In this document: positions 37,436 through 47,142 of the stretch, piece after piece
How the letters are laid out: each line of letters starts with the position of its first letter
Position numbering within the stretch: position 1 is the first letter of the stretch
NCBI GenBank assembly: GCA_965226715.1
Contig: CBDDEB010000004.1
Location: 1,098,761 to 1,162,760, forward strand
Direction: 5' to 3'
Length of the DNA: 64,000 bases
Origin: Candidatus Methylacidiphilales bacterium
GTDB taxonomy: Bacteria > Verrucomicrobiota > Verrucomicrobiia > Methylacidiphilales > UBA1321
Made by a program: the position numbers and the translations under genes
The notes under the pieces: generated by a model
Seen by the model: only the letters and a program-made list of their open reading frames with translations
Told to the model about the DNA's origin: nothing
The model's database searches: none

Positions 37436-39415
37436 ATGCTCATTCTTCAGGCCTTGTTCCTCTGGCTGATTGTTTCCGCGCTCATGATGGGCGGCGCGAT
37501 GATCTTCCATCGGCTTTTCCCCGAGGAATCACCCTGGTTCGGCTTCATCGTCCCGCCGCTGACCGTGATCGTTTTGCTCAACTTCATCGAGCATCTGGTC
37601 GCGCTGCCGGTCTTGCTCTACCTGCTGCCGCTGTTTCTTGGGGCCACGGTCTGGATGACGGTCTCGGGAAAATACTTCAAGGAGCCGCTGATCCTGCCTT
37701 CAGCCATTTTTCTCGCCGCCTTCGCCTTCACCTTCGGGGTTCGCTGCCTGCACGCCGATATTTCCTACACGTCGGATGGCATCTCCGACCTCAACATGAT
37801 CAACAATTTTTCCCAGGGCCAGAAGCTGCCGCCGCCCGACACCTGGATGCCCCCCTATCGCTTCGAATGGTATTACGACCTGCAGCATTACGCCGCCTCC
37901 GTGGTCCAACGCCTTTTGGCCGTCAAGATTGGCGAGGCTTACAACGTTTGCCATGCGCTCCTCTCGGCCTTGACCTGCGTCGTCGGGGCGGCCGCGGCCC
38001 ATCGCCTTTCGGAAGGCAAATTATGGGTGACGCTGGCTGTTCCCTTTCTGATCGAATCGGCCGCGACGGGCAGCTCCGCGTATCTCTTCCTCACCTGCCA
38101 TAATACCGATCTCTGGCTGCCTTTCGACCTCTCCGGCGGCATGACCCTGCCCCATCCAGACAACAATCCGAACTGGCAAAATCCACTTTGGAATTTCTTG
38201 CAGTGGGATCCCCGCGTCGAGATCCTTCATCTCGCCAAACCGGCGACTCTCCGACTCCAGGTCCCGGGCCTATGGACCTGGCGCGACGAATATCATGCCA
38301 ACGCTTCCGGCCATTTATTGACGCTGCTCTCCATCTCGATCATCGCCGAGCTCGCCCTGGCGCGGCGAACCATCTGGCCCTGGATCCTGGCTGTGATCAC
38401 TCCCCTCGTCGCGGCAACCGCCAGCGCCTGGGCTCTCCCCATCACCGCGCTGCTCTGCTGGGTCGTCCTTCCGGTCGCGTGGTTTTATGGCCGGCGCCCC
38501 GCCTCTTTCGCCGCCGCCCTGTGGATTCTCTTTGTGTCGGTGACCCTGCTTTGGCCGGCCTTCTACGCCGCGACCTCATCACCCCAATTCCCCAAGATCA
38601 TGTGGACCAATCCGCAAGACCGCGTCCCGTTGCTCGAATTTCTCGTCCAATGGTGGCCCATCATCCTCCTCTGGATATGCGGCTGCGTTTGCTTCCGAAG
38701 CCTCTCGTTCAGCCTCCGCTGGGTTTTGTTGGTGGTGCCGATCATGCTGATCGGAGTCGAGCTCGTGACCATCGATACCCGCTACAATATGGTCGAAAAA
38801 ATGTGGGGTTACACCTGGGGCGCCGCGCTCATCGCGCTGTTCCCGATCGTCGCCTCGCGCGACAGGGTCGCTTTCCGGCTCATCACCGTCCTGCTCCTCT
38901 TTTCCGCGCTGGTCAGCCTCAGCTTTTTCGTCCGGGACCTCTGCGGGGGCACGTGGGACGGCGCCGCCTTTCACCTCGAAGGCACCCAATATATCGCCGC
39001 CGACGAGCAGAAAAAAAGAATGCTTCAAGTCGTGGGACAGACCAAACACGCCACCTATCTCTCGGGGAAATGCGCCTTTTGCTACAACGAAGCGCCGGCC
39101 CTCGCCGTCTTCACCGGCAACAAAAGCTATATCGCCTGGTCGTGGTTTGAATCGCTGACCAACTACATCAACGAGGCCGAATACCGCGAGAAGCTCGACA
39201 ACGATTTCTATTCGGGGGCCATGACCGACCGGCTCCGTTTCCTCCAGGCCAATAAAATCAGCGGTGTGCTTATCTGGCCGGAGGACGATCTCTCCGACGA
39301 TTTCCTGGCCAACCTGCGGAAGGAACTCGAGCCCACCTATGATTACATCGACTGCAAAGGCACCGGTGAGAAAAACGCCGGAGTCTTTTTGATCCGCCCG
39401 CTCCCGGAAAATTAA
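37436..39415 (+). CDS. Multi-pass membrane protein, DUF2298-like (putative GT-C fold), paralog 1
   Basis: Many hydrophobic helices. The first large loop carries D..SD...LPPPDTW....WYY..QHY. Clear paralog of 40717-42705. Confidence 0.7.
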   Translation: MLILQALFLWLIVSALMMGGAMIFHRLFPEESPWFGFIVPPLTVIVLLNFIEHLVALPVLLYLLPLFLGATVWMTVSGKYFKEPLILPSAIFLAAFAFTFGVRCLHADISYTSDGISDLNMINNFSQGQKLPPPDTWMPPYRFEWYYDLQHYAASVVQRLLAVKIGEAYNVCHALLSALTCVVGAAAAHRLSEGKLWVTLAVPFLIESAATGSSAYLFLTCHNTDLWLPFDLSGGMTLPHPDNNPNWQNPLWNFLQWDPRVEILHLAKPATLRLQVPGLWTWRDEYHANASGHLLTLLSISIIAELALARRTIWPWILAVITPLVAATASAWALPITALLCWVVLPVAWFYGRRPASFAAALWILFVSVTLLWPAFYAATSSPQFPKIMWTNPQDRVPLLEFLVQWWPIILLWICGCVCFRSLSFSLRWVLLVVPIMLIGVELVTIDTRYNMVEKMWGYTWGAALIALFPIVASRDRVAFRLITVLLLFSALVSLSFFVRDLCGGTWDGAAFHLEGTQYIAADEQKKRMLQVVGQTKHATYLSGKCAFCYNEAPALAVFTGNKSYIAWSWFESLTNYINEAEYREKLDNDFYSGAMTDRLRFLQANKISGVLIWPEDDLSDDFLANLRKELEPTYDYIDCKGTGEKNAGVFLIRPLPEN

Positions 39416-39430
39416 CGCGCGTCCGCGCCC

Positions 39431-40408
39431 CTAGGACGGGACGGGACACGGGTCGACCCGCTCGATATACCACAGATAATCACGCGCGGGCAGGAACGCC
39501 TGGAGGTGGCGGGCGCTGATGATCTGCATGGTAAAATTGCTGGCCAGCGTGATGACCTGCAGGAGAAAGATGATGAGCAGTCCCGCAAAGAGCGAAGTCC
39601 AGCCGGGCAACGCCAGATGGATGACTAAATTAAAATAGAGCGTCACGATAATCGCGACCAGGCTCAGGACAAAAAGAACGGAGGAGATCAGCAAAACGCG
39701 GACGCCGATCGTCTCGTCGTAGCAACTCAGGGCCGAAAGCCCGTGGATGACCAGCTTGACGAAACTCTGGCGCGACTGGCCCGCGAGGCGCGTCCCGCGG
39801 CGGCTGGGAATGGTGGTGAAAGGCAGGCGCGAAGCGGCCACCGACGCCGCATAATGGTTCCACAGCATCGGCTCGACCGTGAGCCCGCTCAAGCGCGCAT
39901 GCGGAATAATGCTGAAATTCCCGAAGCGGATGCCGCGTCCCGTCAGCACATAATGAAGAATCCGGTAACCGATGTAGCCCAGCTGAAAAACAACCGACTC
40001 CGAGCGCCGCGTCCGCTCGGCAAAAACAATCGGAGGCGACGAACCCTCCCGCTTATTCAGCTCACGCAGCTTTTCCGCCAGGCGAGCTGCGTCCCCGGGA
40101 TCGTCCTGGCCGTCGCCGTCCATGACCAGGACCGCATCGCACGGCACCTTTTCCGCGATGTGACAAAGGCCGACCGCGAGCGCCCGCTGGTGACCGAGAT
40201 TTTTCCTGAGCTTGATTATCCCCACTCCCTGCAAACGGGTGAATGGTCCCACGCCAAAATCGGCCGGAGTTTTTTCGGACGAGCCGTCATCGACCACCAA
40301 GATGGAAACGGTGTCCGCTTTCGGCGCGAAGGCCTCATCGAGCCGGGAAAGAAGCTCCCGGGCCGCGACCCAATCGTCCAACACCGGCATCAACACCACG
40401 ATGTGCAC
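39431..40408 (-). CDS. GT2 glycosyltransferase with two C-terminal TM helices (GtrB/ArnC-like)
   Basis: Motifs VVDDGS, NLGHQRAL, VMDGDGQD, R.AGQS and PGWTSL between the two hydrophobic helices. Confidence 0.88.
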   Translation of the reverse strand: MHIVVLMPVLDDWVAARELLSRLDEAFAPKADTVSILVVDDGSSEKTPADFGVGPFTRLQGVGIIKLRKNLGHQRALAVGLCHIAEKVPCDAVLVMDGDGQDDPGDAARLAEKLRELNKREGSSPPIVFAERTRRSESVVFQLGYIGYRILHYVLTGRGIRFGNFSIIPHARLSGLTVEPMLWNHYAASVAASRLPFTTIPSRRGTRLAGQSRQSFVKLVIHGLSALSCYDETIGVRVLLISSVLFVLSLVAIIVTLYFNLVIHLALPGWTSLFAGLLIIFLLQVITLASNFTMQIISARHLQAFLPARDYLWYIERVDPCPVPS

Positions 40409-40471
40409 GAACCTTGATGAAAGAGTTTCCGCCCGCGTACAAGATGAATCTTTACCGCGTCATTGAAATCG

Positions 40472-40720
40472 CTACTCGTAGATTTTCCCGCTGAAAAGAA
40501 TGTCGGCCGCGCGCCTCCACGGGCTCTCGGGCAATTCGTAGTATTTAAGACCTTTTTTGGAAGCCTTGCCCCAGGAGGCGCAGGCCTCGAGAAAATCCTC
40601 GATTTTTCCCCATTGCCACTCGGAGGGATCGCCCCGGCGATCTTCCGCCAATGCCTCCACGAAAAGGAGGAAGGTCTTCTCGTCTTTGACCGCGTTGAGT
40701 TTCGTAACAAGGTCGCTCAT
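40472..40720 (-). CDS. Small hypothetical protein (82 aa), DUF7660-like
   Basis: MSDLVTKLNAV...WQWGKIEDFLEACASW...PWRRAADILFSGKIYE. ATGA overlap with the upstream gene's stop. Family assignment is from recall only. Confidence 0.65.
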   Translation of the reverse strand: MSDLVTKLNAVKDEKTFLLFVEALAEDRRGDPSEWQWGKIEDFLEACASWGKASKKGLKYYELPESPWRRAADILFSGKIYE

Positions 40721-42705
40721 TTCGCCGGTGCCACCAGGTTCGTCCCATACGCCGGCGCGCCGGGCTGCCGCAGGAAAACCCCGGCGTTGTTGGCCCCGTC
40801 GCCCTTGCAATCGACGTAGTAATAATCGGACCCCAGCTGGTCCTGGAGTTGTTGCACGATGTTGTCGGGGATCGCGTCCTCCGGCCAGATCAGGACGGCG
40901 GCGATATCGTTGCTGCGCAAAAACGCCAGGGGATTCGGCATCGTCCCCGCAAAAAACGAGTTGCTCTGCTTGTCGCGGAATTCCGCTTCGCCGCCGTGCC
41001 CACACTGGAATTCCTGATAATACCAGGCGATGTAGCACCGGTTCTCCGAAAAGCCGACGATCGACGGGGACTGGTTATAAGCCTCCGCGCTTTTGCCATT
41101 CAGGATCGTCACGCCGTGAAGCCGCTGGAGAACTTGCAGCAACCGTTTCTTCTGCGGATCGTATTGGAAGACCGTGTCGCCCTTGAGATGAAAGGCGGTG
41201 TATTCCCAGTTGGCCTGATCGGTGCTGATTTTCGCCCAGGCCATAAAAAAGATCGAGCTGATGAAAAGAAAGACGATGGTCAGCATTCGGAAGACGACGT
41301 TGGTCTGGACGAATACCAGCGGCAAAAAAGTGACCAGGCCCGCGCCATAAATCGCGCCCCACATTTTCTCCACCGTCAACGTGCGGTCGCCGATCGTCGC
41401 CACTTCAACGAAGATCAGCAGCAGCGGAAGTGCGGCGTGGATCCAGCGGGCCAGCAGGCTGAGCCGGCCCCAGATGAAACAGAGAGCAATCCACGGCACG
41501 ATGACTGGCCACCATTGAATGATGAATTCCCAGGCCGGTGTGTATTCCACCCACGGGGTCCAGTGAAACGGAGCCGGGTATGTTCCGGCGATAAGCGAAT
41601 TGACGCTGGGCCAAAGGAGCGCGAAGGCCAGCCCGCTTCCGCCCAGCACCCACTTCCAATCCTGGGGCCGCTTCCCGGCGATGAGGGCCGCCGCGAAGCA
41701 TCCAAGGCAGAGAACGGTGACGACAATGATGAACCACGTCGCGGTGATGATCGTCATCAACGGAAAGACGAGCAGGCAAATCCAGGGCCAGTTCGAGCGC
41801 TCCGTCTTGAAGGCCTCGTTCGCCGCCAGCAACGAGGCCAGCGTCATGAAATGGCCGCCGAGATTGGCGTGAAATTCCGGGAAGTAAGTGTTGAACGTCG
41901 GCGTAAAGAGCCGCAGTCCGGGAGGCGTGTAATGAAAAATCCAACCGAACGGATTATGTCGCTCCGGATTGTTCCAGCCATCGCCGATATCGACCGCCAG
42001 ACGGCTGTCGAAGACGGCATAGCCGGGATGGGGATGGGCATTGTTCCAATACAGGAGGAGCACGGACGAGCCAGTGAAATTGGCGAGGAGGACGAGCAGC
42101 GTCGCCACCGCGACCCACGTCCGCCTTCCGCTGATGGCGTAGGCCGCGCCCGCGCCGGCCAGACACGTCAGCGTGTTCAGCAGGTTATAGCCCATGTTAT
42201 ACCCCGTCCCGATATCGAGCGAAAAGAGCCGCTTCAGAATCGACGCGCCATAGTGCTGGAACGTGTAGTAGCCGCCATGGTCGTAGGGAGGGCACCAGCT
42301 ATCGGTCGGGGGAAGCTTGTCGCCCAGGCAGAAATCTAGCACCCGCGCCATGTCGGCCACGCCCTCGGTATTGCAGGTGATCTCGGGGTTCAGGCACCGG
42401 ATGAAAAGGACCCAGGTGAAGACCGCGACGAAAAGAACTCCCGGCAGGCGCAGTCCTTCCCACGAATAGCCGGGACGCGCCATCGCCCAAAACAAGCCCA
42501 CCAGCGTGAACGGCAAAAGCCAGCCCAGATTCGGCAGCGCGATGAAGTGCTCGATAAAATTGAGCGCCGACATGACGATCAGGGTCGGCAGGAGAAAAGC
42601 CAGCCAGGGCGACTCGCGCGGGAAAAGCCGCCGAAAAAGGACGGCTCCGCCCACGACATGAAAGCAGACCAGTAATTCCAATAATCCGGCGCGGAGAAGG
42701 AGCAT
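40717..42705 (-). CDS. Multi-pass membrane protein, DUF2298-like (putative GT-C fold), paralog 2
   Basis: E..AD...LPPTDSW....YY..QHY. Shares EFHAN/EYHAN, QWWP, VEKMWG, LIWPED and NAGVF with paralog 1. Confidence 0.7.
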   Translation of the reverse strand: MLLLRAGLLELLVCFHVVGGAVLFRRLFPRESPWLAFLLPTLIVMSALNFIEHFIALPNLGWLLPFTLVGLFWAMARPGYSWEGLRLPGVLFVAVFTWVLFIRCLNPEITCNTEGVADMARVLDFCLGDKLPPTDSWCPPYDHGGYYTFQHYGASILKRLFSLDIGTGYNMGYNLLNTLTCLAGAGAAYAISGRRTWVAVATLLVLLANFTGSSVLLLYWNNAHPHPGYAVFDSRLAVDIGDGWNNPERHNPFGWIFHYTPPGLRLFTPTFNTYFPEFHANLGGHFMTLASLLAANEAFKTERSNWPWICLLVFPLMTIITATWFIIVVTVLCLGCFAAALIAGKRPQDWKWVLGGSGLAFALLWPSVNSLIAGTYPAPFHWTPWVEYTPAWEFIIQWWPVIVPWIALCFIWGRLSLLARWIHAALPLLLIFVEVATIGDRTLTVEKMWGAIYGAGLVTFLPLVFVQTNVVFRMLTIVFLFISSIFFMAWAKISTDQANWEYTAFHLKGDTVFQYDPQKKRLLQVLQRLHGVTILNGKSAEAYNQSPSIVGFSENRCYIAWYYQEFQCGHGGEAEFRDKQSNSFFAGTMPNPLAFLRSNDIAAVLIWPEDAIPDNIVQQLQDQLGSDYYYVDCKGDGANNAGVFLRQPGAPAYGTNLVAPAK

Positions 42706-42777
42706 CCCGCCCGGAGGCTAGACGAAAATTTCGCGCGGGTCTCGCCGAAAGAATCGGGGCCGCTCGCAGGTGGAATC

Positions 42778-42806
42778 TTGAGATGAGGCGCGCAAGAGCG
42801 TAGGCT
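42778..42806 (+). promoter_or_regulatory. Putative (near-)leaderless sigma70 promoter of folD
   Basis: TTGAGA-N17-TAGGCT, 8 nt before ATG 42815. Confidence 0.55.
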
Positions 42807-42814
42807 TGCCGACC

Positions 42815-43714
42815 ATGTCCAGCGCACGACTCATCGACGGCAAGGTCATTTCCGCCCAAATCCATTCCGAGACGCAGGTCCGCAGCCTCGCCCTGCGCGA
42901 GAAGCATGGCGTCACTCCCGGCATCACCTTCGTGCGGGTCGGCGAAGACCCGGCCTCGCGGGCCTATGTCCGCATGAAAGGCGCCAAGGCGGAGGAGCTC
43001 GGCATCCGCTCCGACACCGTCGTGCTGGACGAGAAGACTCCCCAAGCGGAGCTGCTCGCCCTGATCGAAAAACTCAACCGCGACCCCAAGGTCCACGGCA
43101 TCCTCGTCCAGGCGCCGCTGCCGCGCCACCTCAAGGAGGAGGAGATTTTCAGCGCCATCGATTTCCGCAAGGACGTCGACGGCTTTCATCCGGTCAACGT
43201 CGGCAAGCTCCTGCTCGGCCAGAATCCCCTCTTCAAACCGTGCACGCCCGCGGGCGTCCACGAACTCCTCATCCGCACCGGTGTGGCGCTGGCCGGGGCC
43301 GAAGTGGTCATCCTGGGACGGGGCAACATCGTCGGCAAGCCGATGGCCGCAATCCTCCTGCAAAAGGAGAAGCACGCCGACGCGACCGTGACGCTGCTCC
43401 ACTCGCGCAGCCGCGACATCGCCGGGCACTGCCGCCGCGCCGACGTCCTCATCGCCGCGATGGGCCAGGCCCACTTCGTCCAGGCCGACATGGTCAAGCC
43501 GGGCGCGGTCGTCATCGACGTGGGCGTGAACCGGGTCGACGATCCCACGGCCAAGAACGGCTACCGCCTCGTGGGCGACGTCGACTTCGCGGCGGTCCGC
43601 GAGGTCGCCGGGGCGATCACGCCCAACCCCGGCGGGGTCGGCCCGATGACCATCGCGATGCTCCTGAGCAACACGGTCCGGGCGGCGGAGCTGGCCGGAC
43701 GCGATTTTGCCTAA
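42815..43714 (+). CDS. folD: Bifunctional methylenetetrahydrofolate dehydrogenase/cyclohydrolase
   Basis: Motifs IDGK, GILVQAPLP, KDVDGFH, PCTP and TPNPGGVGPMT. Confidence 0.96.
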   Translation: MSSARLIDGKVISAQIHSETQVRSLALREKHGVTPGITFVRVGEDPASRAYVRMKGAKAEELGIRSDTVVLDEKTPQAELLALIEKLNRDPKVHGILVQAPLPRHLKEEEIFSAIDFRKDVDGFHPVNVGKLLLGQNPLFKPCTPAGVHELLIRTGVALAGAEVVILGRGNIVGKPMAAILLQKEKHADATVTLLHSRSRDIAGHCRRADVLIAAMGQAHFVQADMVKPGAVVIDVGVNRVDDPTAKNGYRLVGDVDFAAVREVAGAITPNPGGVGPMTIAMLLSNTVRAAELAGRDFA

Positions 43715-43798
43715 AACGCTTCCGAGGCTTATTTTTTTAGCACATCTTGCCCATAGAGGGTATCTAAGGCGGCCCGCGGCGCGGCGGACGACCGCACC

Positions 43799-45619
43799 CT
43801 ACTCGGTCTTCAGGACGCGTTCGCCGAGGTTGAGGCGGCGGACGATGCTGAGCGCGGCGGAGAGATCGCTGCTGCGGCGCGAGAGCGACTTGACCAGGCC
43901 CTCCGCCTTCTCGAAGGCCTCCGTGCTCTCCTCTTCCATGCCGAGGGCCTGCAGGCTGACGCCGAGATCGTACCAGGCCTTGGCGTCGTCGGGCGCCAGC
44001 TCCACCTCGCGCTCAAAATAGGTGCGCGATTCCTCGCGCTTGCCCTGGTCGGAGGCGAGCAGGCCGAGGTTATGCCACGGGACGGGACTGTCGGGACGCA
44101 GCTCGGTGGCGCGGAGGTAGGCTTCCCGCGCGAGGTCCATCTGCCCGGCCCGATGACGCGCGGTCCCGACGGCCAGCCAGGCCGAGAAGTCGTCCGGATG
44201 CGTGTCGGTGATCTGGCGGTAAAAATTGGCGGCGGCGGCGTGGTCGCCGGCCAGGGTGAAGGCGCCCGCAATCTCCCGGACCGCGGCCGGCTCGAGTTCG
44301 TTGTTCGGATCGTTGGCGCGGGCGTGTTCCAGCTTTTCGACGGCCAGGTCGAGCTCGCCCCGGCGCGCCTCGATCATCGAGGCATAATAAAGAACGTAGA
44401 CGAAGAAGTCGGGATTATCCCCCGTCATGTTGAACGCCTCGGTGGCCATGACCATGTTATCGAGCTGAAAATTGACCACGCCATATTTAAACCAGGCGGA
44501 ATGAAGCGCGGGCTGGATGCGGATGGCCTGCTGACACGCTTCCGCCGCGTCGGTCAGACGATTCATCGAGCTGAGCGCGGAGGCGAGGTTGTCCCAGGCG
44601 CGCGCGTAATCGGGTTTGATTTCGATCGAGCGGCGCGCGGCCTTCTCCGCCTCGGCGAAGTCACCCCGCTCAAACCAGATGGAGCTAAGATTGCACCAGG
44701 TCTTCGCGTTATCGGGATCGATCCGCACCGCATTCTGGTACGAGGCGAGGGCCTCCTCGAAATGGCCCATCTTTTGGTAAACGAGACCGCAATTGAACCA
44801 GCCTTCGATCGCCTCGGGGTTCAAGTCGCGCAGGTGGTGAAAAGCGTCGAGCGCCAGCTCCATCCGCCCATGATCGTAGGCGGTGAGCCCCAGTTGCGCG
44901 TAGTAGGTCTGCAAATCCTCCTTCGGCGCGCCGCTTTTTTGCGCCTCGGCCAGGGCCGCGGCCGCCCCGGAAAAGTCGGTTTGCGCGATCAGATTTTGGA
45001 TCTGGCCCAGCTGCTGGTGGAAATCGGCGATGACCGGGCCCGCCGTCTCGATTTGCCCGACGCTTCCGGTCTTGCGCAACGCCTCCTGCTTGCGGCCCAA
45101 TTCGCCCGCCGTTTCGTCCAGGTGCCGGCGCGTATCGACCACATGGGCCAGCTTGCACGTCTTGCGCAGCAACGCGCCGACCTCCGGCTTGGAGGGCGCC
45201 GCTTCATCGAGGCCGCTGTGGGCCGGCTGCTCCGTCATCTGCCGCGCGACCGCGAGGGCCGCCGCCACCTGCAACTGTTCGATGTCGCGGTCCTTCGGCG
45301 CGAACTGGCAGGCGAGCTCAAAATGCTTCAGCGCAATGGCCGGCATCCGGAACTCTTCCAGATAAACGACCCCGACTTCCTTCAGCAAATTGGGATTATT
45401 GAAGGAGCGCTGGAGACGCTCGAAAAGGGTGGCGTGAAAGTTGGTGATGGTGACGCCGGAATCGGCGCGGACCTTCGCCAGATTTTCGATGCCCTCGTGA
45501 ATCGCCGTCAAGGTCCTCACGCTAAAGACGTCCCCCTTCAGGGCGTGAACGGTCAGGAGGTCAATCCAGGTCTGCGGGTCAAAAACCGGAGCGGGGGGAC
45601 CAGCGGATTCAGAGGACAC
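43799..45619 (-). CDS. Tetratricopeptide repeat protein
   Basis: Multiple W.N.G...A...Y..A..I.P repeats across 606 aa. Confidence 0.85.
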   Translation of the reverse strand: MSSESAGPPAPVFDPQTWIDLLTVHALKGDVFSVRTLTAIHEGIENLAKVRADSGVTITNFHATLFERLQRSFNNPNLLKEVGVVYLEEFRMPAIALKHFELACQFAPKDRDIEQLQVAAALAVARQMTEQPAHSGLDEAAPSKPEVGALLRKTCKLAHVVDTRRHLDETAGELGRKQEALRKTGSVGQIETAGPVIADFHQQLGQIQNLIAQTDFSGAAAALAEAQKSGAPKEDLQTYYAQLGLTAYDHGRMELALDAFHHLRDLNPEAIEGWFNCGLVYQKMGHFEEALASYQNAVRIDPDNAKTWCNLSSIWFERGDFAEAEKAARRSIEIKPDYARAWDNLASALSSMNRLTDAAEACQQAIRIQPALHSAWFKYGVVNFQLDNMVMATEAFNMTGDNPDFFVYVLYYASMIEARRGELDLAVEKLEHARANDPNNELEPAAVREIAGAFTLAGDHAAAANFYRQITDTHPDDFSAWLAVGTARHRAGQMDLAREAYLRATELRPDSPVPWHNLGLLASDQGKREESRTYFEREVELAPDDAKAWYDLGVSLQALGMEEESTEAFEKAEGLVKSLSRRSSDLSAALSIVRRLNLGERVLKTE

Positions 45620-45816
45620 AAAGGTATTTTAGCTCATCCCAATGTTAATACGAGAGGTTTTAGTAGCAAGGAGGACCGAGTTCAAGTCGCTCGTCAAAAG
45701 CCGATTGGCCGCTCCGTCACGACGATACCTTCCGTGACGCGGCAGGTTGGCGTTGAGGCAGGGCAGGTCCTTCGGCTCCGGCTCGGCAATATTCTTCCGT
45801 GAACCACATCTCCCGC

Positions 45817-45845
45817 TCGCCTTTGCTCAGGATGACGGAACTTTT
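45817..45845. repeat. CGTC-type REP-like repeat, family D
   Basis: TCGCCTTTGCTCAGGATGACGGAACTTTT is 27/29 identical to 59238-59266. Confidence 0.75.
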
Positions 45846-45861
45846 TTGCTGGGACTCTATT

Positions 45862-45927
45862 CCGGCGACCTCCTGTGCGCTCGAAAGGATTCGAGCGCAC
45901 CCGGGCAACAAGTAGCCCGGGCCACCC
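45862..45927. repeat. REP-like repeat, family A (single unit)
   Basis: GACCTCCTGTGCGC-hairpin-CCCGGGCAACAAGTAGCCCGGGCCACCC. A 33-bp stretch (45895-45927) is the exact reverse complement of 47143-47175. Confidence 0.85.
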
Positions 45928-45969
45928 GTATGCGGTGCGCCCATCCAACGGAATCCCCATCCGAGCCGG

Positions 45970-47031
45970 TCAGCGCGGAGGGAGGGGAACGGTCTGGAAG
46001 GCGGTCCCGGCATCGTCGGTACGGATGGATCGATCTTCCTGGTTCTGATCGGCGGATTGGGAGGAATCGTCGCGCTCTCTCGTTTTGACGGTTTCGGGGT
46101 GGGGCCGGGACGACTGGGATTGTTCCTGCCCGGGCGCGGGAAAAAGGGAGGGCTGCCGGGGTGAGATGTAGGGCTTGTCGAGTTGCTCGAGCTTCACGTC
46201 GACATCGATGCCGCGAAAGGCGCTGGGCACACCGATGAAGGAACCGCCGATGGGCGTGGCGGCCTCGGGATGGCGCGAGACGGCGACGGCGACGTGCTGC
46301 GACCCGGTCATGGTGCCGCTGGTCGGATCGAAGCCTTTCCATCCGGCGCCGGGCAGGTAGACCTCGGCCCAGGCGTGGGTGGCGGCGTGTCCCGCTTCGG
46401 TCGCCTCGCAGAGCATGTAGCCGCTGACGAAGCGGGCGGCGAGGCCCCAGCTTCGGCACGCCTCGATGAAGAGGGTGGCGAAATCGCGGCACGATCCGCT
46501 GTTCTTGTCGAGGGTGCGGGCAGGACGCTGCACGCCATATTCGTGGCGGCGTGTGTAGGTGAAGGTGTCGTGGATGAACCGGTTGAGCCTTTTCAGAAGC
46601 GAGACGGTTTCGACCAGCTTGCCCGGTTCCCAGAATTGGCCGAGCCATTGGCGGACCCGCTCGGCGTCGGTGGGGAAGACGATATGGGTGAACGCGGTCA
46701 GCTCCGGGAGGGTCCAGGGGTCATAGACGAAGGGGTAGTGGAGCGCGTAGGGTTCGACGCGGAAATCGAGCGGGTCGGAGTCGTAATGCTGGAGGACGAG
46801 CTCGCTGTAGATCATCAGCTCGGTCGCCCGTTCGGTGAAATCGACGAGGGCGATGCTGTTGCCGTTGACGTCGCGCATCCAGTGGACGGTGTGGGCGGGG
46901 CGGATGGTGAGGATCGAGCTTTCGATGTGGAGGTCGTGGCCCTCGCGCGGGCGGACCATGACGCGATGCGGCCCGAACCGGACCGGCTCGGCGTAACGGT
47001 AGGTGGTGCGGTGCTGGATCCGTATCTTCAT
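45970..47031 (-). CDS. Transglutaminase-like protein (bacterial transglutaminase N-domain + core)
   Basis: IQHRTTYRY N-domain. Catalytic triad motifs GSCRDFA, HAWAEVYLPG and WKGFDPT. Confidence 0.9.
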   Translation of the reverse strand: MKIRIQHRTTYRYAEPVRFGPHRVMVRPREGHDLHIESSILTIRPAHTVHWMRDVNGNSIALVDFTERATELMIYSELVLQHYDSDPLDFRVEPYALHYPFVYDPWTLPELTAFTHIVFPTDAERVRQWLGQFWEPGKLVETVSLLKRLNRFIHDTFTYTRRHEYGVQRPARTLDKNSGSCRDFATLFIEACRSWGLAARFVSGYMLCEATEAGHAATHAWAEVYLPGAGWKGFDPTSGTMTGSQHVAVAVSRHPEAATPIGGSFIGVPSAFRGIDVDVKLEQLDKPYISPRQPSLFPAPGQEQSQSSRPHPETVKTRERDDSSQSADQNQEDRSIRTDDAGTAFQTVPLPPR

Positions 47032-47142
47032 GACGTTATCTCTACGATGCCCGCATTTTACGTTTCAGCAAAGGGCAATGACAATCAAGCCTGTTCGAGT
47101 CGGCGCGAAAGGGTTTGGCACGATCGGGGAACGAGCAACTTG

